A stretch of 64,000 nucleotides of DNA from an uncultured bacterium (GCA_963695095.1 CAVOFT010000001.1:2176001-2240000); one strand, 5' to 3'. Shown: positions 32,254 to 41,364, counted from the stretch's first letter. Notes: generated by a model not told the origin, from the letters alone. Made by a program: numbers and translations.

Positions 32254-32700
32254 ATGGCGGAGACCCGGAAAGTCGTGGCGGAAATGTTCTCCCGGTTCTT
32301 GAACATCGAACTGGGCGAGGAATCCGCCGAGCGCCTGGTCGCCCTCGTCGACAAGGTCGAGAGCAGCATCGACGGCGATCTCGACCTGAGCACCGTCCAG
32401 GGCCGCAACACCCTCAAGGTGCTTCTGGGCACCTTGCTCGCCTACGGCTGGGGCATCGGCATGCACCCCTACCACAATCCCGATCAGGACCTGGACGGCC
32501 GCCTGCTCGAGGTGCGGGCGAGCAAGGACATCCTCGTCACGCTCAAGGACCTCAAGGCCCTGCGCTACCTGAAGAAGGATCAGTACGGCCGGGTGAAGAA
32601 GGCCCTCTTCGAGCCGGATCAGAACGCCCGCGTGCGCAGCCAGATCGACGGCCTGCTGGGCGACATCCACTCGAGCAAGTGGCAGGAAGAGGAGTTCTAG
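32254..32700 (+). CDS. Hypothetical cytoplasmic protein (148 aa), divergent from the MglA-like gene
   Basis: Genome-typical codon bias and normal amino-acid composition (MAETRKVVAEMFSRFLNIELGEE...); GAGG RBS; no family recognised. Confidence 0.8.
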   Translation: MAETRKVVAEMFSRFLNIELGEESAERLVALVDKVESSIDGDLDLSTVQGRNTLKVLLGTLLAYGWGIGMHPYHNPDQDLDGRLLEVRASKDILVTLKDLKALRYLKKDQYGRVKKALFEPDQNARVRSQIDGLLGDIHSSKWQEEEF

Positions 32701-33551
32701 TCCGCGTCGCGCCGCAGGGTGAGCAGGACGACGCGACCACCTTCCCGATAGTCGACCCGATCCACCAGCTCGCGCATCAGGAGCACGCCGCGGCCGCCGC
32801 CCTGACGCAGGCCGGCAGCGCTGAAGGGATCGGCCACCTGCTGCGGATCGAAGCCGGCGCCGGGATCCTCGATGCGCACGCGCAGGCGCCGAGGGCCGAA
32901 ACGGGCGACAACGCGCACTTCCTTGCCGGGATCCAGGGCGCAGCCGTGGCGGATGGCGTTGACGAGCGCCTCGTCCAGCGCCAGGGGCAGGGCCTCGGCC
33001 CAGACGCGGGGAGGGAAGCCGTGTTCGCGGGCGAGCCGGCACAGGAAGGCGGCCGCCGGGGCGACAAGGCGCAGTTCGGCCGGCAGGCGGAAGGCGACCC
33101 GGCTGCGGACCCGGCGTTCGAAGTCGGGCAACCGGCGATTCAGGGGCAGCCTGCGTTCGGACTCGGCGAAGAGCAGCTCCAGGTCCAACCCGGTGAAGGG
33201 CGGACCCAGAACCTCGTGCGCGCCCCGGCTCAGGAGACGGCGCCAGCAGCGCTCGTCGCAGGCGGGCAGCAGGATCACGAGCCGAGCACCCGCGGCGGTC
33301 AGGGCAGCCAGATCGCCGGCCGGCGGCAAGGACTCCTCCCCGTCGGCAGCGAGCAGGACGCCGAAGGGAGCCGCCGGCAAGCACTCGCTCCACTGCTCGG
33401 AAGCGGGCAGCGGCTGGAGGCGAGCGCGGGGCGGCCCGATCTCCGCCATCGCCTGGGCAGCCAGGACCGGGTCCCAGGCCCAGAGGAAGAGCGGGAAGCC
33501 AGGCGGAGCCGTGGCCTCAGAAGAGTGGCTGGCCGTCGGCGACGATCTCAT
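32697..33551 (-). CDS. RsbW/SpoIIAB-type anti-sigma/Ser kinase (HATPase_c_2) fused to a degenerate receiver-like domain
   Basis: LALDEALVNAIRHG, IEDPGAGFDP, GGRGVLLMRELVD; N-terminal GAHEVLGPPF resembles GAxDYLxKPF; start uncertain. Confidence 0.82.
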   Translation of the reverse strand: MRSSPTASHSSEATAPPGFPLFLWAWDPVLAAQAMAEIGPPRARLQPLPASEQWSECLPAAPFGVLLAADGEESLPPAGDLAALTAAGARLVILLPACDERCWRRLLSRGAHEVLGPPFTGLDLELLFAESERRLPLNRRLPDFERRVRSRVAFRLPAELRLVAPAAAFLCRLAREHGFPPRVWAEALPLALDEALVNAIRHGCALDPGKEVRVVARFGPRRLRVRIEDPGAGFDPQQVADPFSAAGLRQGGGRGVLLMRELVDRVDYREGGRVVLLTLRRDAD

Positions 33552-34041
33552 TGAACGCATCTCTGAAATGGGATGAGCTTCGGGCGACATCCTCGCCCAC
33601 TTTATCGACATAGAGACGCCAAGCCATGCTCAGCTCGGCTCGGAATTCCTGGAGCAGGCGCCCCTCGGCCAGCGCGCGATCGCGGCGCTCGCGCCGCCCG
33701 GGGCCCTGCAGGACGCTCTCGGCCAGCGCCCTTGCGAAGCGCTTCGCGCGCCGCGCCTCCTGGGGACTCGACGCCTCGCCGCTTGCGCCCCGCGTCGGAA
33801 TCGCCGCGGGCGGAGAAGGTGCCTCTCCCGGCGGGGGCGTGGCCGCCGGCGGTAGCACCGTCTCGCCCTGGGCAGCAATTGCCGCCTCCGGGGCCGCCGC
33901 GGCGCCACCGGGCCGCCAGCGCAGGTGATAGCCGCGCTGACAGCTCGGGCAGCGAACGTGCAATTCGCCTTTTTCCATCAGGATAGGAGGAAGCTCGTAA
34001 GTACTTCCACATCCTGGACAGCGAAAGGTCTGAGCCCCCAT
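33517..34041 (-). CDS. Zinc-ribbon (MJ0042-like) protein with RomX-like C-terminal helical domain
   Basis: CPGC...VRCPSC; Pro/Ala linker; AKRFARALA...EL....LY...V......F..AFNEIV, resembling Myxococcus RomX as recalled. Confidence 0.75.
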   Translation of the reverse strand: MGAQTFRCPGCGSTYELPPILMEKGELHVRCPSCQRGYHLRWRPGGAAAAPEAAIAAQGETVLPPAATPPPGEAPSPPAAIPTRGASGEASSPQEARRAKRFARALAESVLQGPGRRERRDRALAEGRLLQEFRAELSMAWRLYVDKVGEDVARSSSHFRDAFNEIVADGQPLF

Positions 34042-34080
34042 GCAGCAACCGTCCTGAGCCCCGAAGGCTCCAGGGGTGAC

Positions 34081-34096
34081 AGCAATCGGCATGCCT
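34081..34096 (-). promoter_or_regulatory. sigma54-like -24/-12 promoter motif
   Basis: Minus strand AGGCAT-GCCGA-TTGCT, GG-N10-GC, ~40 nt upstream of ATG 34041. Confidence 0.5.
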
Positions 34097-34106
34097 GCCA
34101 GGAGTA

Positions 34107-36209
34107 TCAGCCCACCCCGGCCAGGACCAGGCGCTCCTTGTAGACCCGCTGCAGCAGCTCGCGCAGGGGACGCAGATCGGCCGCGGCCAGCTCGGAATCG
34201 CGCTCGGCGAGCTGGGCCGCTCGCTCCCGGGCCAGGGCCACCAGGCGGGCGTCGGCCAGGGGATGGGCCAGGCTCAGCTCGGGCCGACCGTGCTGGCGCG
34301 AGCCGAAGAGCTCGCCCGGCCCGCGCAGGCGGAGATCCTCCTCGGCCAGCCGGAAGCCGTCGCGATGGCGCACGAAGATCTCCAGGCGCGCCCGGCTGGC
34401 GCCGCCGAGTCCGGCCGGAGCCACGAGGATGCAGTAGCTCTTGCGCCGGCCGCGGCCGATGCGGCCGCGCAGCTGGTGGAGCTGGCTGAGCCCATAGCGC
34501 TCGGGGTTGTGGATCAGCATCAGCGTGGCCTCGGCGACATCGATGCCGACCTCGACCACCGTGGTGGCCACGAGCACCGGCTTCTCGCCGCTGCGAAAGG
34601 CCGCCAGCGCTTCGTCCTTGCGCTGCGCGCTGAGGCGGCCGTGGATGAGCCCGCAGCCGATCCCCGCCAGCGGGCCCGCCACCAGGGCCGCATAGGCCTC
34701 CGTCGCGGCCGCCAGCTCGGCCTGATCCCCCTCCTCGACGAGGGGATAGATGAGAAAGGCCCGCTCGCCGGCGAGCACGCGCTCGCGCAGGAAGGCGAGA
34801 ATGCGCGGGAGCTGCTCCTCGCCGGCGAGGCGCGTCACCACGGGCGGCCGGTCGGGCGGCAGGGCATCGATGCTGCTGAGCTCGAGGTCGCCGTAGACCG
34901 TCATCGCGAGCGAGCGCGGAATCGGCGTCGCACTCATGACGAGCACATGGGGCGCGCCCCGCTCGCGCAGGCCCGCCCGCTGGAGGACGCCGAAGCGGTG
35001 CTGCTCGTCGACCACGGCCAGGCCCAGGCGCGCGAAGTGCACGCCCTCCTGGATGAGGGCCTGGGTGCCGATGGCGAGATCCAGGCTGCCGTCCGCCAGG
35101 CCCGCGATCACGGCGCGCCGCTCCTTCGCCGGTTGGCTGCCGCCGCCCAGGAGGAGGCCCACGCGCAGGCCGCGTGCTGCCAGTGGCGGCGCCCAGTTCG
35201 CATGGTGCTGGCGGGCCAGAGCCTCCAGCGGCACCATGAAGGCGCCCTGCAAGCCGCCCTCGACGGCGAGCAGCAAGGCGGCCAGGGCCACCACCGTCTT
35301 GCCGCAGCCGACATCGCCCTGGAGCAGGCGGTTCATCCGCCCGCCGCTGGCCAGGTCCGCGCGAATCTCCGCCAGCGCCCGCTCCTGGGCCGCCGTCAGC
35401 CGATAGGGCAGCTCGGCCAGGAAGGGCGCGAGCAGGCGCTGATCGGCCGCGAGCACCGGCCCCGCCTCGCGGCTGCGGTGCCGGCGGCGCAGCGCCGCCA
35501 GGAGCTGCAGGAGGAAGAGCTCCTCGAACTTGAGCCGCTCGCGAGCCGCCTCGAGCTCGGCCTGATCGGCGGGGAAGTGGATGCTGCGCAGGGCCTGGGC
35601 GCGGAGGGGCCAGCCCTCCGCGGCCAGCCAGGCGGCCGGCAGGATCTCCGGCAGGGCGGCGGCCAGGCCCGGCTCCGCGAGCAGGCCATCGAGGAGGCGG
35701 CGCAGCCAGCGCTGGCCCAGACCCCGCGTGAGGGGATACAGGGGCAGGATGCGCCGCGCCAGGAGGCGCGGCTCCTCGGCCTCGCCGAGGATCTCCAGTT
35801 CGGGCGACTGCATCTGCAGCTGGTCGCGATAGCGGGTCAGCTCGCCGCTGGCGAGCACCTGGACGCCGGTTGCCAGCTGCTGCCGCAAGTAGGGCTGATT
35901 GAAGAAGACGAGCTGCAGGCGGCCCTCCTCGTCGTCGATGAGCACGGTCAGGATGCTCAGGCCCTGGCGGGGGCGGCGCTCGGCGCTGGCCAGGACCTGC
36001 CCGCTCACGGTGGCTCGCTGGCCGGGCACGAGGCCCGCGAGCGGCACGCGATCCCCCAGATCCAGGTAGCCGCGGGGGAAGTGCAGGAGCAGATCCTCGA
36101 CCGTCGCGATGCCCAGGCGCGCCAGATCGCCGGCCCGCCTGGGCCCGACGCCCTTCAGGTACTGGACCGGCCGCTGGAGGCCCTGATCGCGCGAGTTGTC
36201 GGCGTGCAT
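34107..36209 (-). CDS. recG: ATP-dependent DNA helicase RecG
   Basis: LKGVGP, RLLQGDVGCGKT, VDEQHRFGV, MSATPIPRSL, GLSQLHQLRGRIGRG, DLRLRGPGE. Confidence 0.98.
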   Translation of the reverse strand: MHADNSRDQGLQRPVQYLKGVGPRRAGDLARLGIATVEDLLLHFPRGYLDLGDRVPLAGLVPGQRATVSGQVLASAERRPRQGLSILTVLIDDEEGRLQLVFFNQPYLRQQLATGVQVLASGELTRYRDQLQMQSPELEILGEAEEPRLLARRILPLYPLTRGLGQRWLRRLLDGLLAEPGLAAALPEILPAAWLAAEGWPLRAQALRSIHFPADQAELEAARERLKFEELFLLQLLAALRRRHRSREAGPVLAADQRLLAPFLAELPYRLTAAQERALAEIRADLASGGRMNRLLQGDVGCGKTVVALAALLLAVEGGLQGAFMVPLEALARQHHANWAPPLAARGLRVGLLLGGGSQPAKERRAVIAGLADGSLDLAIGTQALIQEGVHFARLGLAVVDEQHRFGVLQRAGLRERGAPHVLVMSATPIPRSLAMTVYGDLELSSIDALPPDRPPVVTRLAGEEQLPRILAFLRERVLAGERAFLIYPLVEEGDQAELAAATEAYAALVAGPLAGIGCGLIHGRLSAQRKDEALAAFRSGEKPVLVATTVVEVGIDVAEATLMLIHNPERYGLSQLHQLRGRIGRGRRKSYCILVAPAGLGGASRARLEIFVRHRDGFRLAEEDLRLRGPGELFGSRQHGRPELSLAHPLADARLVALARERAAQLAERDSELAAADLRPLRELLQRVYKERLVLAGVG

Positions 36210-36216
36210 GAGCCGC

Positions 36217-36245
36217 AGGGTAGAGGCTGGCCGGGCCGCTGACAA
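36217..36245 (-). promoter_or_regulatory. sigma70-like promoter of recG (probably leaderless)
   Basis: TTGTCA, 17 nt, TACCCT, then 7 nt to ATG 36209. Confidence 0.6.
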
Positions 36246-36290
36246 GCGCGGGCTCCCCCGCCGGCCGCTGCCCGGGCGCGATCGGCAGCG

Positions 36291-37976
36291 CTAGGGCGCG
36301 GTGGCCTCACCGGATAGCTCGCCATCCTCGAGAGCGAGGATGGGGAAGTGCTCGCCCAGGAGGTGGCGCAGCTCGAGGCGATCCGGGTGATCGGCCACGA
36401 GCGGCGCCAGCAGAGCCCTCGCCTCCTCAGCTCGTCCCTGGTTGCGCAGGGCGAGCGCGAGCGCGAGTTCGGCCTCCAGGTAGCGAGGGGCCAGGGCCAG
36501 CGCCTGGCGATAGTCCGCCTCCGCGCGGGAGTAGTCGGCCCGCTTGAAATGGAGGTCGCCGCGCAGCTTGAGCAGATCGGGGAAATCGGGGTGGGCGGCG
36601 AGGGCCGGGGCCAGCAGGGCTTCGGCCTTGGCGACGCGGCCCAGCCGCAGCTCGCAGCGCAGGCGGCCGCGCAGCGCATACAGACTCGCCGGCGCCAGCT
36701 CGAGGGCCCGGCTGAAGGCGGCCAGGGCGGCCTCCAGATCCCCCCGCGACAGCAGGGTCTGGCCCAGGAAGGCCTGCAGAGCCGCGTCGCCGGGGTGGCG
36801 CTCCTGCAGGCGCCGGAAGTGCGGGTCCGCGCTCTGCCACTCGCCCCGCTGGGCGTGCAGCAGCGCCAGATCCAGCTCGGCGGCGCCGAGCATGGGGCTC
36901 TTGCTCAGGGCCTCGCGCAGGAGGCGCAGCGCCTCCTCGTCTCGGCCTTCGAGATGCCGCAGCAGGCCGAGCAGGTAGCGCGCCTGGCTGGATTCCCCGC
37001 GGCGCTCGAGCAGCTCCTCCAGCAACAGGGCCGCCTCCTCGTGGCGCCCGAGCTGGAAGCGGGCCTGGGCGAGATAGAGCAGCAAGTCGCTGCCCTCGCC
37101 GCCCAGGCTGCGCGCGTAGGCGAGCGCCTCTTCGGCTTCCAGGGCCCGGCCGGCCTTCAGCAGGGCGAGCCCGAGGAAGTAGGAGGCCTCCATGAAGCGC
37201 GGATTGACGGTCAGCGCGCCGCGCAGGGCAGAGATCGCCTCCTCGGTGCGTCCGCTCTTGAAACGGGCGAGGCCAAGCTGGCACTGGATGTCCGCGTAGT
37301 GCGGCTTCATCGCCGCGGCGCGCTCGAGCAGGTCGGCAGCCAGGGGGTGGTTGCCCAGGTTGAACTGGGCGATGCCCTCGCTGTAGAGCTCGCGGAACTC
37401 GGCGCCGCTCTCCAGCAGCTCCAGCACGGGTCCCACCTCGGGCAGGACCGTCTCGCGTTCCTTCAGGTGCACGAGCAGGAAGCGGTTGACCTGGATGGGG
37501 ATCTCCGACTGCAGGGTGGCCGCCTGCCGCAGCTCGCGCCGGGCGCCCTCGCCGTCGCCGCCGGCCTCCAGGGCGACGGCCAGGAAGCAGCGCGCTTCGA
37601 TGTAGTCGGGATTGATCGCCAGTGCCCGTTCGAAGCAGAGCAGCGCCGCCTCGCGCTGGTCGCCCATGAACAGGGCTACGCCCAGGCAGTACTGGATGTC
37701 GGGAAAGCTGGGGGTCTCCTGCAGGGCCCGCTCCAGATGGGCGCGAGCCTCTTCGTAGCGCTCGGCCTTGAGCAGGGTGCGACCGATGTTCGCATGGGCT
37801 TCGGCCGCATAGAAGATGCCGAGCCGGTAGGTGGTGCTGCTCTTGGCGGCGCCGGCCACAGCCGCCTCGAAGCGGGCGATGGCCTCCTCGAAGCGGCCCT
37901 CGTTGTACAGGGCGATCCCGGCGCTGTAGTCCTCGTCGCGACGGCCGCCGAATAGACGCCTCAGCAGCGAGGGCAT
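36291..37976 (-). CDS. Large cytoplasmic TPR protein directly downstream of ftsZ
   Basis: Repeated P.F/YPD/AD..LG...AL.INP.Y/F.EA TPR units; starts 9 nt after the ftsZ stop. Confidence 0.9.
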   Translation of the reverse strand: MPSLLRRLFGGRRDEDYSAGIALYNEGRFEEAIARFEAAVAGAAKSSTTYRLGIFYAAEAHANIGRTLLKAERYEEARAHLERALQETPSFPDIQYCLGVALFMGDQREAALLCFERALAINPDYIEARCFLAVALEAGGDGEGARRELRQAATLQSEIPIQVNRFLLVHLKERETVLPEVGPVLELLESGAEFRELYSEGIAQFNLGNHPLAADLLERAAAMKPHYADIQCQLGLARFKSGRTEEAISALRGALTVNPRFMEASYFLGLALLKAGRALEAEEALAYARSLGGEGSDLLLYLAQARFQLGRHEEAALLLEELLERRGESSQARYLLGLLRHLEGRDEEALRLLREALSKSPMLGAAELDLALLHAQRGEWQSADPHFRRLQERHPGDAALQAFLGQTLLSRGDLEAALAAFSRALELAPASLYALRGRLRCELRLGRVAKAEALLAPALAAHPDFPDLLKLRGDLHFKRADYSRAEADYRQALALAPRYLEAELALALALRNQGRAEEARALLAPLVADHPDRLELRHLLGEHFPILALEDGELSGEATAP

Positions 37977-37985
37977 GGGTGCCCC

Positions 37986-39302
37986 CTAGTCGTTTTGCTT
38001 CCGAAGAAAGGTCGGCACTTCCAAGTCCTCAAGGGCCACCCCCATCAGATCCTGCCGGGCCTCTTCACGCATGGCCGCCACTTCGCGGCTCAACTCGCGC
38101 TCAACTTCGCTGCCACCGGGGAACTCCGCCGCCGGCTCCGCCTCGGCCAGCGACTCCCGCTCACCTGGCGCAAACGCGCCTGAGGGCGATCCCTCCGGCA
38201 CGATCTCGATGATGCGCGAGCCCGCCCCGGCGCCCGCCGCCGCGGCCAGCGCGCGCGGTGCCCGGCTGGCGGCTACCGCCGCCGCCGCGGCCGCCGCGGC
38301 ATCCCGCCTCGCCTCCGAAATCCGCTTTTCGCCGAAGCCCGTGGCGATCACGGTGATGCGCAGTTCATCCGTCAACGCGGGATCCAGCACGGTGCCGAAG
38401 ATGATGTTGGCGCTGTCGCCCACGCTCTCGGTGATGAGGTCGGTGGCCGTGGTCACTTCGCGCAGGGTCAGCGAATCGCTGCCCGTGATGTTGATCAGCA
38501 CGCCCTGGGCGCCGGCGATGTCCTGCTCCTGAAGCAAGGGACAGCTGATGGCGGCCCGGGCGGCCAGCTCGGCGCGATTCTCGCCGCGCGCGCTGCCCGT
38601 GCCCATCAGGGCCGGCCCCATGCCGGCCATGATGCTCTTCACATCGGCGAAGTCGAGGTTGATGAGGCCGGTCACCGTGATCAGGTCGCTGATGCCCCGC
38701 GTGGCCTGCAGCAGCACGTCGTCGGCGATGCGGAAGGCTTCGGCGAAGGGGGTGTCCGGATCGACGACCTCGAAGAGGCGCTGATTGGGAATCGTGATCA
38801 GCGTATCCACTTCGGCGCGCAGCGCGGTCATGCCCTCCTCGGCCACGCGCATGCGCTGGCGGCCTTCGAAGCTGAAGGGCTTGGTGACCACGCCCACCGT
38901 GAGGGCCCCGCTGGCGCGGGCCAGGCGGGCCACGGCGGGCGAGGCGCCCGTGCCGGTGCCGCCGCCCATCCCCGCGGTGACGAAGACCATGTCCGCGCCG
39001 CGCAGCATCTCCTCGATGCTCTCGAGGTCCTCCTCGATGGCGGCCTTGCCCACACCCGGATCGCCGCCGGAGCCCAGGCCCTTGGTCAGCTTGCGTCCAA
39101 TCTGGATGCGATGGATCGCCTTGCTGGCGTAGAGCACCTGCGCATCGGTGTTGATATTGATGAAGTCGACGCCGACGAGGCCGGCATCGATCATGCGCGC
39201 GACGGCGTTACCGCCTGCGCCCCCGACGCCGACGACCTTGATCGAGGCGGCGTCGGAGAAGTCCGAGTCGAAGTCGAACTTCACCCTTGGCATATCGGAC
39301 AT
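37986..39302 (-). CDS. ftsZ: Cell division protein FtsZ
   Basis: [32 protein letters not shown]-terminal VPTFLR. Confidence 0.99.
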   Translation of the reverse strand: MSDMPRVKFDFDSDFSDAASIKVVGVGGAGGNAVARMIDAGLVGVDFININTDAQVLYASKAIHRIQIGRKLTKGLGSGGDPGVGKAAIEEDLESIEEMLRGADMVFVTAGMGGGTGTGASPAVARLARASGALTVGVVTKPFSFEGRQRMRVAEEGMTALRAEVDTLITIPNQRLFEVVDPDTPFAEAFRIADDVLLQATRGISDLITVTGLINLDFADVKSIMAGMGPALMGTGSARGENRAELAARAAISCPLLQEQDIAGAQGVLINITGSDSLTLREVTTATDLITESVGDSANIIFGTVLDPALTDELRITVIATGFGEKRISEARRDAAAAAAAAVAASRAPRALAAAAGAGAGSRIIEIVPEGSPSGAFAPGERESLAEAEPAAEFPGGSEVERELSREVAAMREEARQDLMGVALEDLEVPTFLRKQND

Positions 39303-39355
39303 TTTCTCTCACCTCCGGCGGCAAGCTAGCGCGGGCCTCGCCGAAGCGTCCAGCG

Positions 39356-40585
39356 TTATTTTCCCCGCCGGCCCATGGCCTTGAAGAGACGCTTCAGACC
39401 CCCGCGCGGCGGGGCCTCGCTCTCCTCGGCGCCGACCAGGCGCTCGTAGCCGTAGCGCAACAGACCCACCACCGGCGAGTAGCGCGGATCGGCCAGCTCG
39501 GCAATCAGGCCCTGCTGCTCCAGCGGCGCGCCCAGGCGCACGCTGCGTTCGAAGAGCTGCGCGGCCAGGCTCGTCAGCCCGGGCAGCAGGGCGCCGCCGC
39601 CGCAGAGCACCACGCCGCAGCCGGCGCTGCGCGCGGCCGGCGCGCGCTGCGCCCGGTCCCAGGCCAGCTCGAGCAGCTCGCGCACGCGCGGCTCGACGAT
39701 GGAGCGCAGGGTGCGCGCCGTCAGGGTGCTGTCGGCCTCCGCCCCCACCTGGCGCACGCCGATCTGGGTCTCGGCATCGGCCTCCGTGAAGGGACCCACG
39801 CTGGCGTGGTCCAGCTTCAGGCGCTCGGCATCGGCCAGGCTGAGCCCGAGGCCGATGGACAGGTCACGCGTGACATTGCTGCCGCCCAGGGGCAGCACCT
39901 CGGCGTGGCGGGCCGCGCCGTCGGCGACGACCAGCACCTCGGTGGTGCCGCCGCCGATGTCGATGAGCACCACGCCCTCCTCGCGCTCGGACTCCTGCAG
40001 CGCGGCCATGGCCGCCGCCAGCGGCGAGAAGACCAGCCCCTCCACTGCCAGTCCGGCCTTCTCCACCACCTTGGCCGTGTTCTCGAGCACGCTGCCGTCC
40101 CCCATCAGGAGCAGCACCTCGGCTTGCAGGCGCACGCCGTCCATGCCGACGGGGTCCTTGATGCCGCCGCGATTGTCGAGGATGAAGTCCACCGGCAGCG
40201 TGTGCAGGATGCGGTAGCCGGGCGGCAGCTGCAGGCTGCGCGCGACGCGGATCACCTGCTCGACGTCATCGGCCGTGATCTCCCGCTCGCGGCCCTCCTT
40301 GGCATGCACGCCCTGGCTCGGAATCGCCCGGAAATGCTCGCCGCTCACGTTCGGAAAGACCGCGCGGATGACCAGGCCCGAGGCCCGCTCGGCCTCGGCC
40401 ACGGCCTCACGCACGGCGTCCACGGCGGGTTCGAAGCCGACGACGACGCCCTTGCGAATGCCCTGGCTGGGCACGGTGCCCAGGCCCAGCACGCGCAGGC
40501 CGCCACGGCCATTCAACTCGGCGACGAGGGCCGTCACCCGATGGCTGCCCAGATCCAGTCCGACGACGATGCGTTGTTCGCTCAT
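39356..40585 (-). CDS. ftsA: Cell division protein FtsA
   Basis: GLDLGS, GIRKGVVV, IDIGGGTT, AERLK, LCGGGA. Confidence 0.96.
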   Translation of the reverse strand: MSEQRIVVGLDLGSHRVTALVAELNGRGGLRVLGLGTVPSQGIRKGVVVGFEPAVDAVREAVAEAERASGLVIRAVFPNVSGEHFRAIPSQGVHAKEGREREITADDVEQVIRVARSLQLPPGYRILHTLPVDFILDNRGGIKDPVGMDGVRLQAEVLLLMGDGSVLENTAKVVEKAGLAVEGLVFSPLAAAMAALQESEREEGVVLIDIGGGTTEVLVVADGAARHAEVLPLGGSNVTRDLSIGLGLSLADAERLKLDHASVGPFTEADAETQIGVRQVGAEADSTLTARTLRSIVEPRVRELLELAWDRAQRAPAARSAGCGVVLCGGGALLPGLTSLAAQLFERSVRLGAPLEQQGLIAELADPRYSPVVGLLRYGYERLVGAEESEAPPRGGLKRLFKAMGRRGK

Positions 40586-41364
40586 GGTTTCTCCAGCGTT
40601 CGGCGCTCTCTGGCCACGACCTGGTCCCGGTAGCGCAGATCGAGCTCGCCGGGAAAGGTGTCCGCTGCAATCTCGGCGAAGACATCCCGGTAGCAGCGGG
40701 TCCGGGCGCCGAAGTTCTCCCAGCCCATCCGCACGCGGGTGGGCGAGTCGTTCCGATAATAGACGATCCCCGTGGAATCCGCAGTCATTTCGCTCACCTC
40801 GCGGGCGATGTCGAAGTCCGCCCGGCGCAGCGCGTCCAGGGCCGCCAGCGCCAGGGGCCGCAGGCTGTCCGGCCCCAGTGTCGGCGAGGGGCGGATGATC
40901 GGCAGATCCGGCGCCGCGTCGCCGAAACGCTCCAGGGCCAGCCCGGCAGCGTCGATCTCCACGAAACTGTCCTCGAGCCAGAGGGCGACGCCCGCCGCCT
41001 CGGCAACGCGGCATTCCAGGGTGCCCGGCAGCCGACGGGAGAGGTCGATCCGTCGCACGCGGGGCAGGTCCGCCAGGGCCACCCGCAGCGAATCGATGTC
41101 GATGCCGCCCCGGCCGTAGAGCGGCCGGCCGAGCAAGGGCTCCAGCCGCTCGCGCACGCGCGCGACGGGCAGCACGCGGCAGCCTTCGATGCGCAGCTCG
41201 CGCAGGCGCAGCCAGTCGCTGCCGAGCAGGGCCCTCACCCCGCGCCAGCTGCCATAGCCGGCCAGGGCGATGGCGAAGACGCCGAGGGCGAGCAGCACGC
41301 GCCACCACGGCCCGCGGCGCTTGACGGCCATCGGCCGCCGCCGGCGGGGATCAAGCCTCGCCAT
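40582..41364 (-). CDS. ftsQ: Cell division protein FtsQ/DivIB
   Basis: TM, POTRA-like region (RRLPGTLECRVAE), C-terminal LDLRYRDQVV; dcw position; start may be 41331. Confidence 0.88.
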   Translation of the reverse strand: MARLDPRRRRPMAVKRRGPWWRVLLALGVFAIALAGYGSWRGVRALLGSDWLRLRELRIEGCRVLPVARVRERLEPLLGRPLYGRGGIDIDSLRVALADLPRVRRIDLSRRLPGTLECRVAEAAGVALWLEDSFVEIDAAGLALERFGDAAPDLPIIRPSPTLGPDSLRPLALAALDALRRADFDIAREVSEMTADSTGIVYYRNDSPTRVRMGWENFGARTRCYRDVFAEIAADTFPGELDLRYRDQVVARERRTLEKP

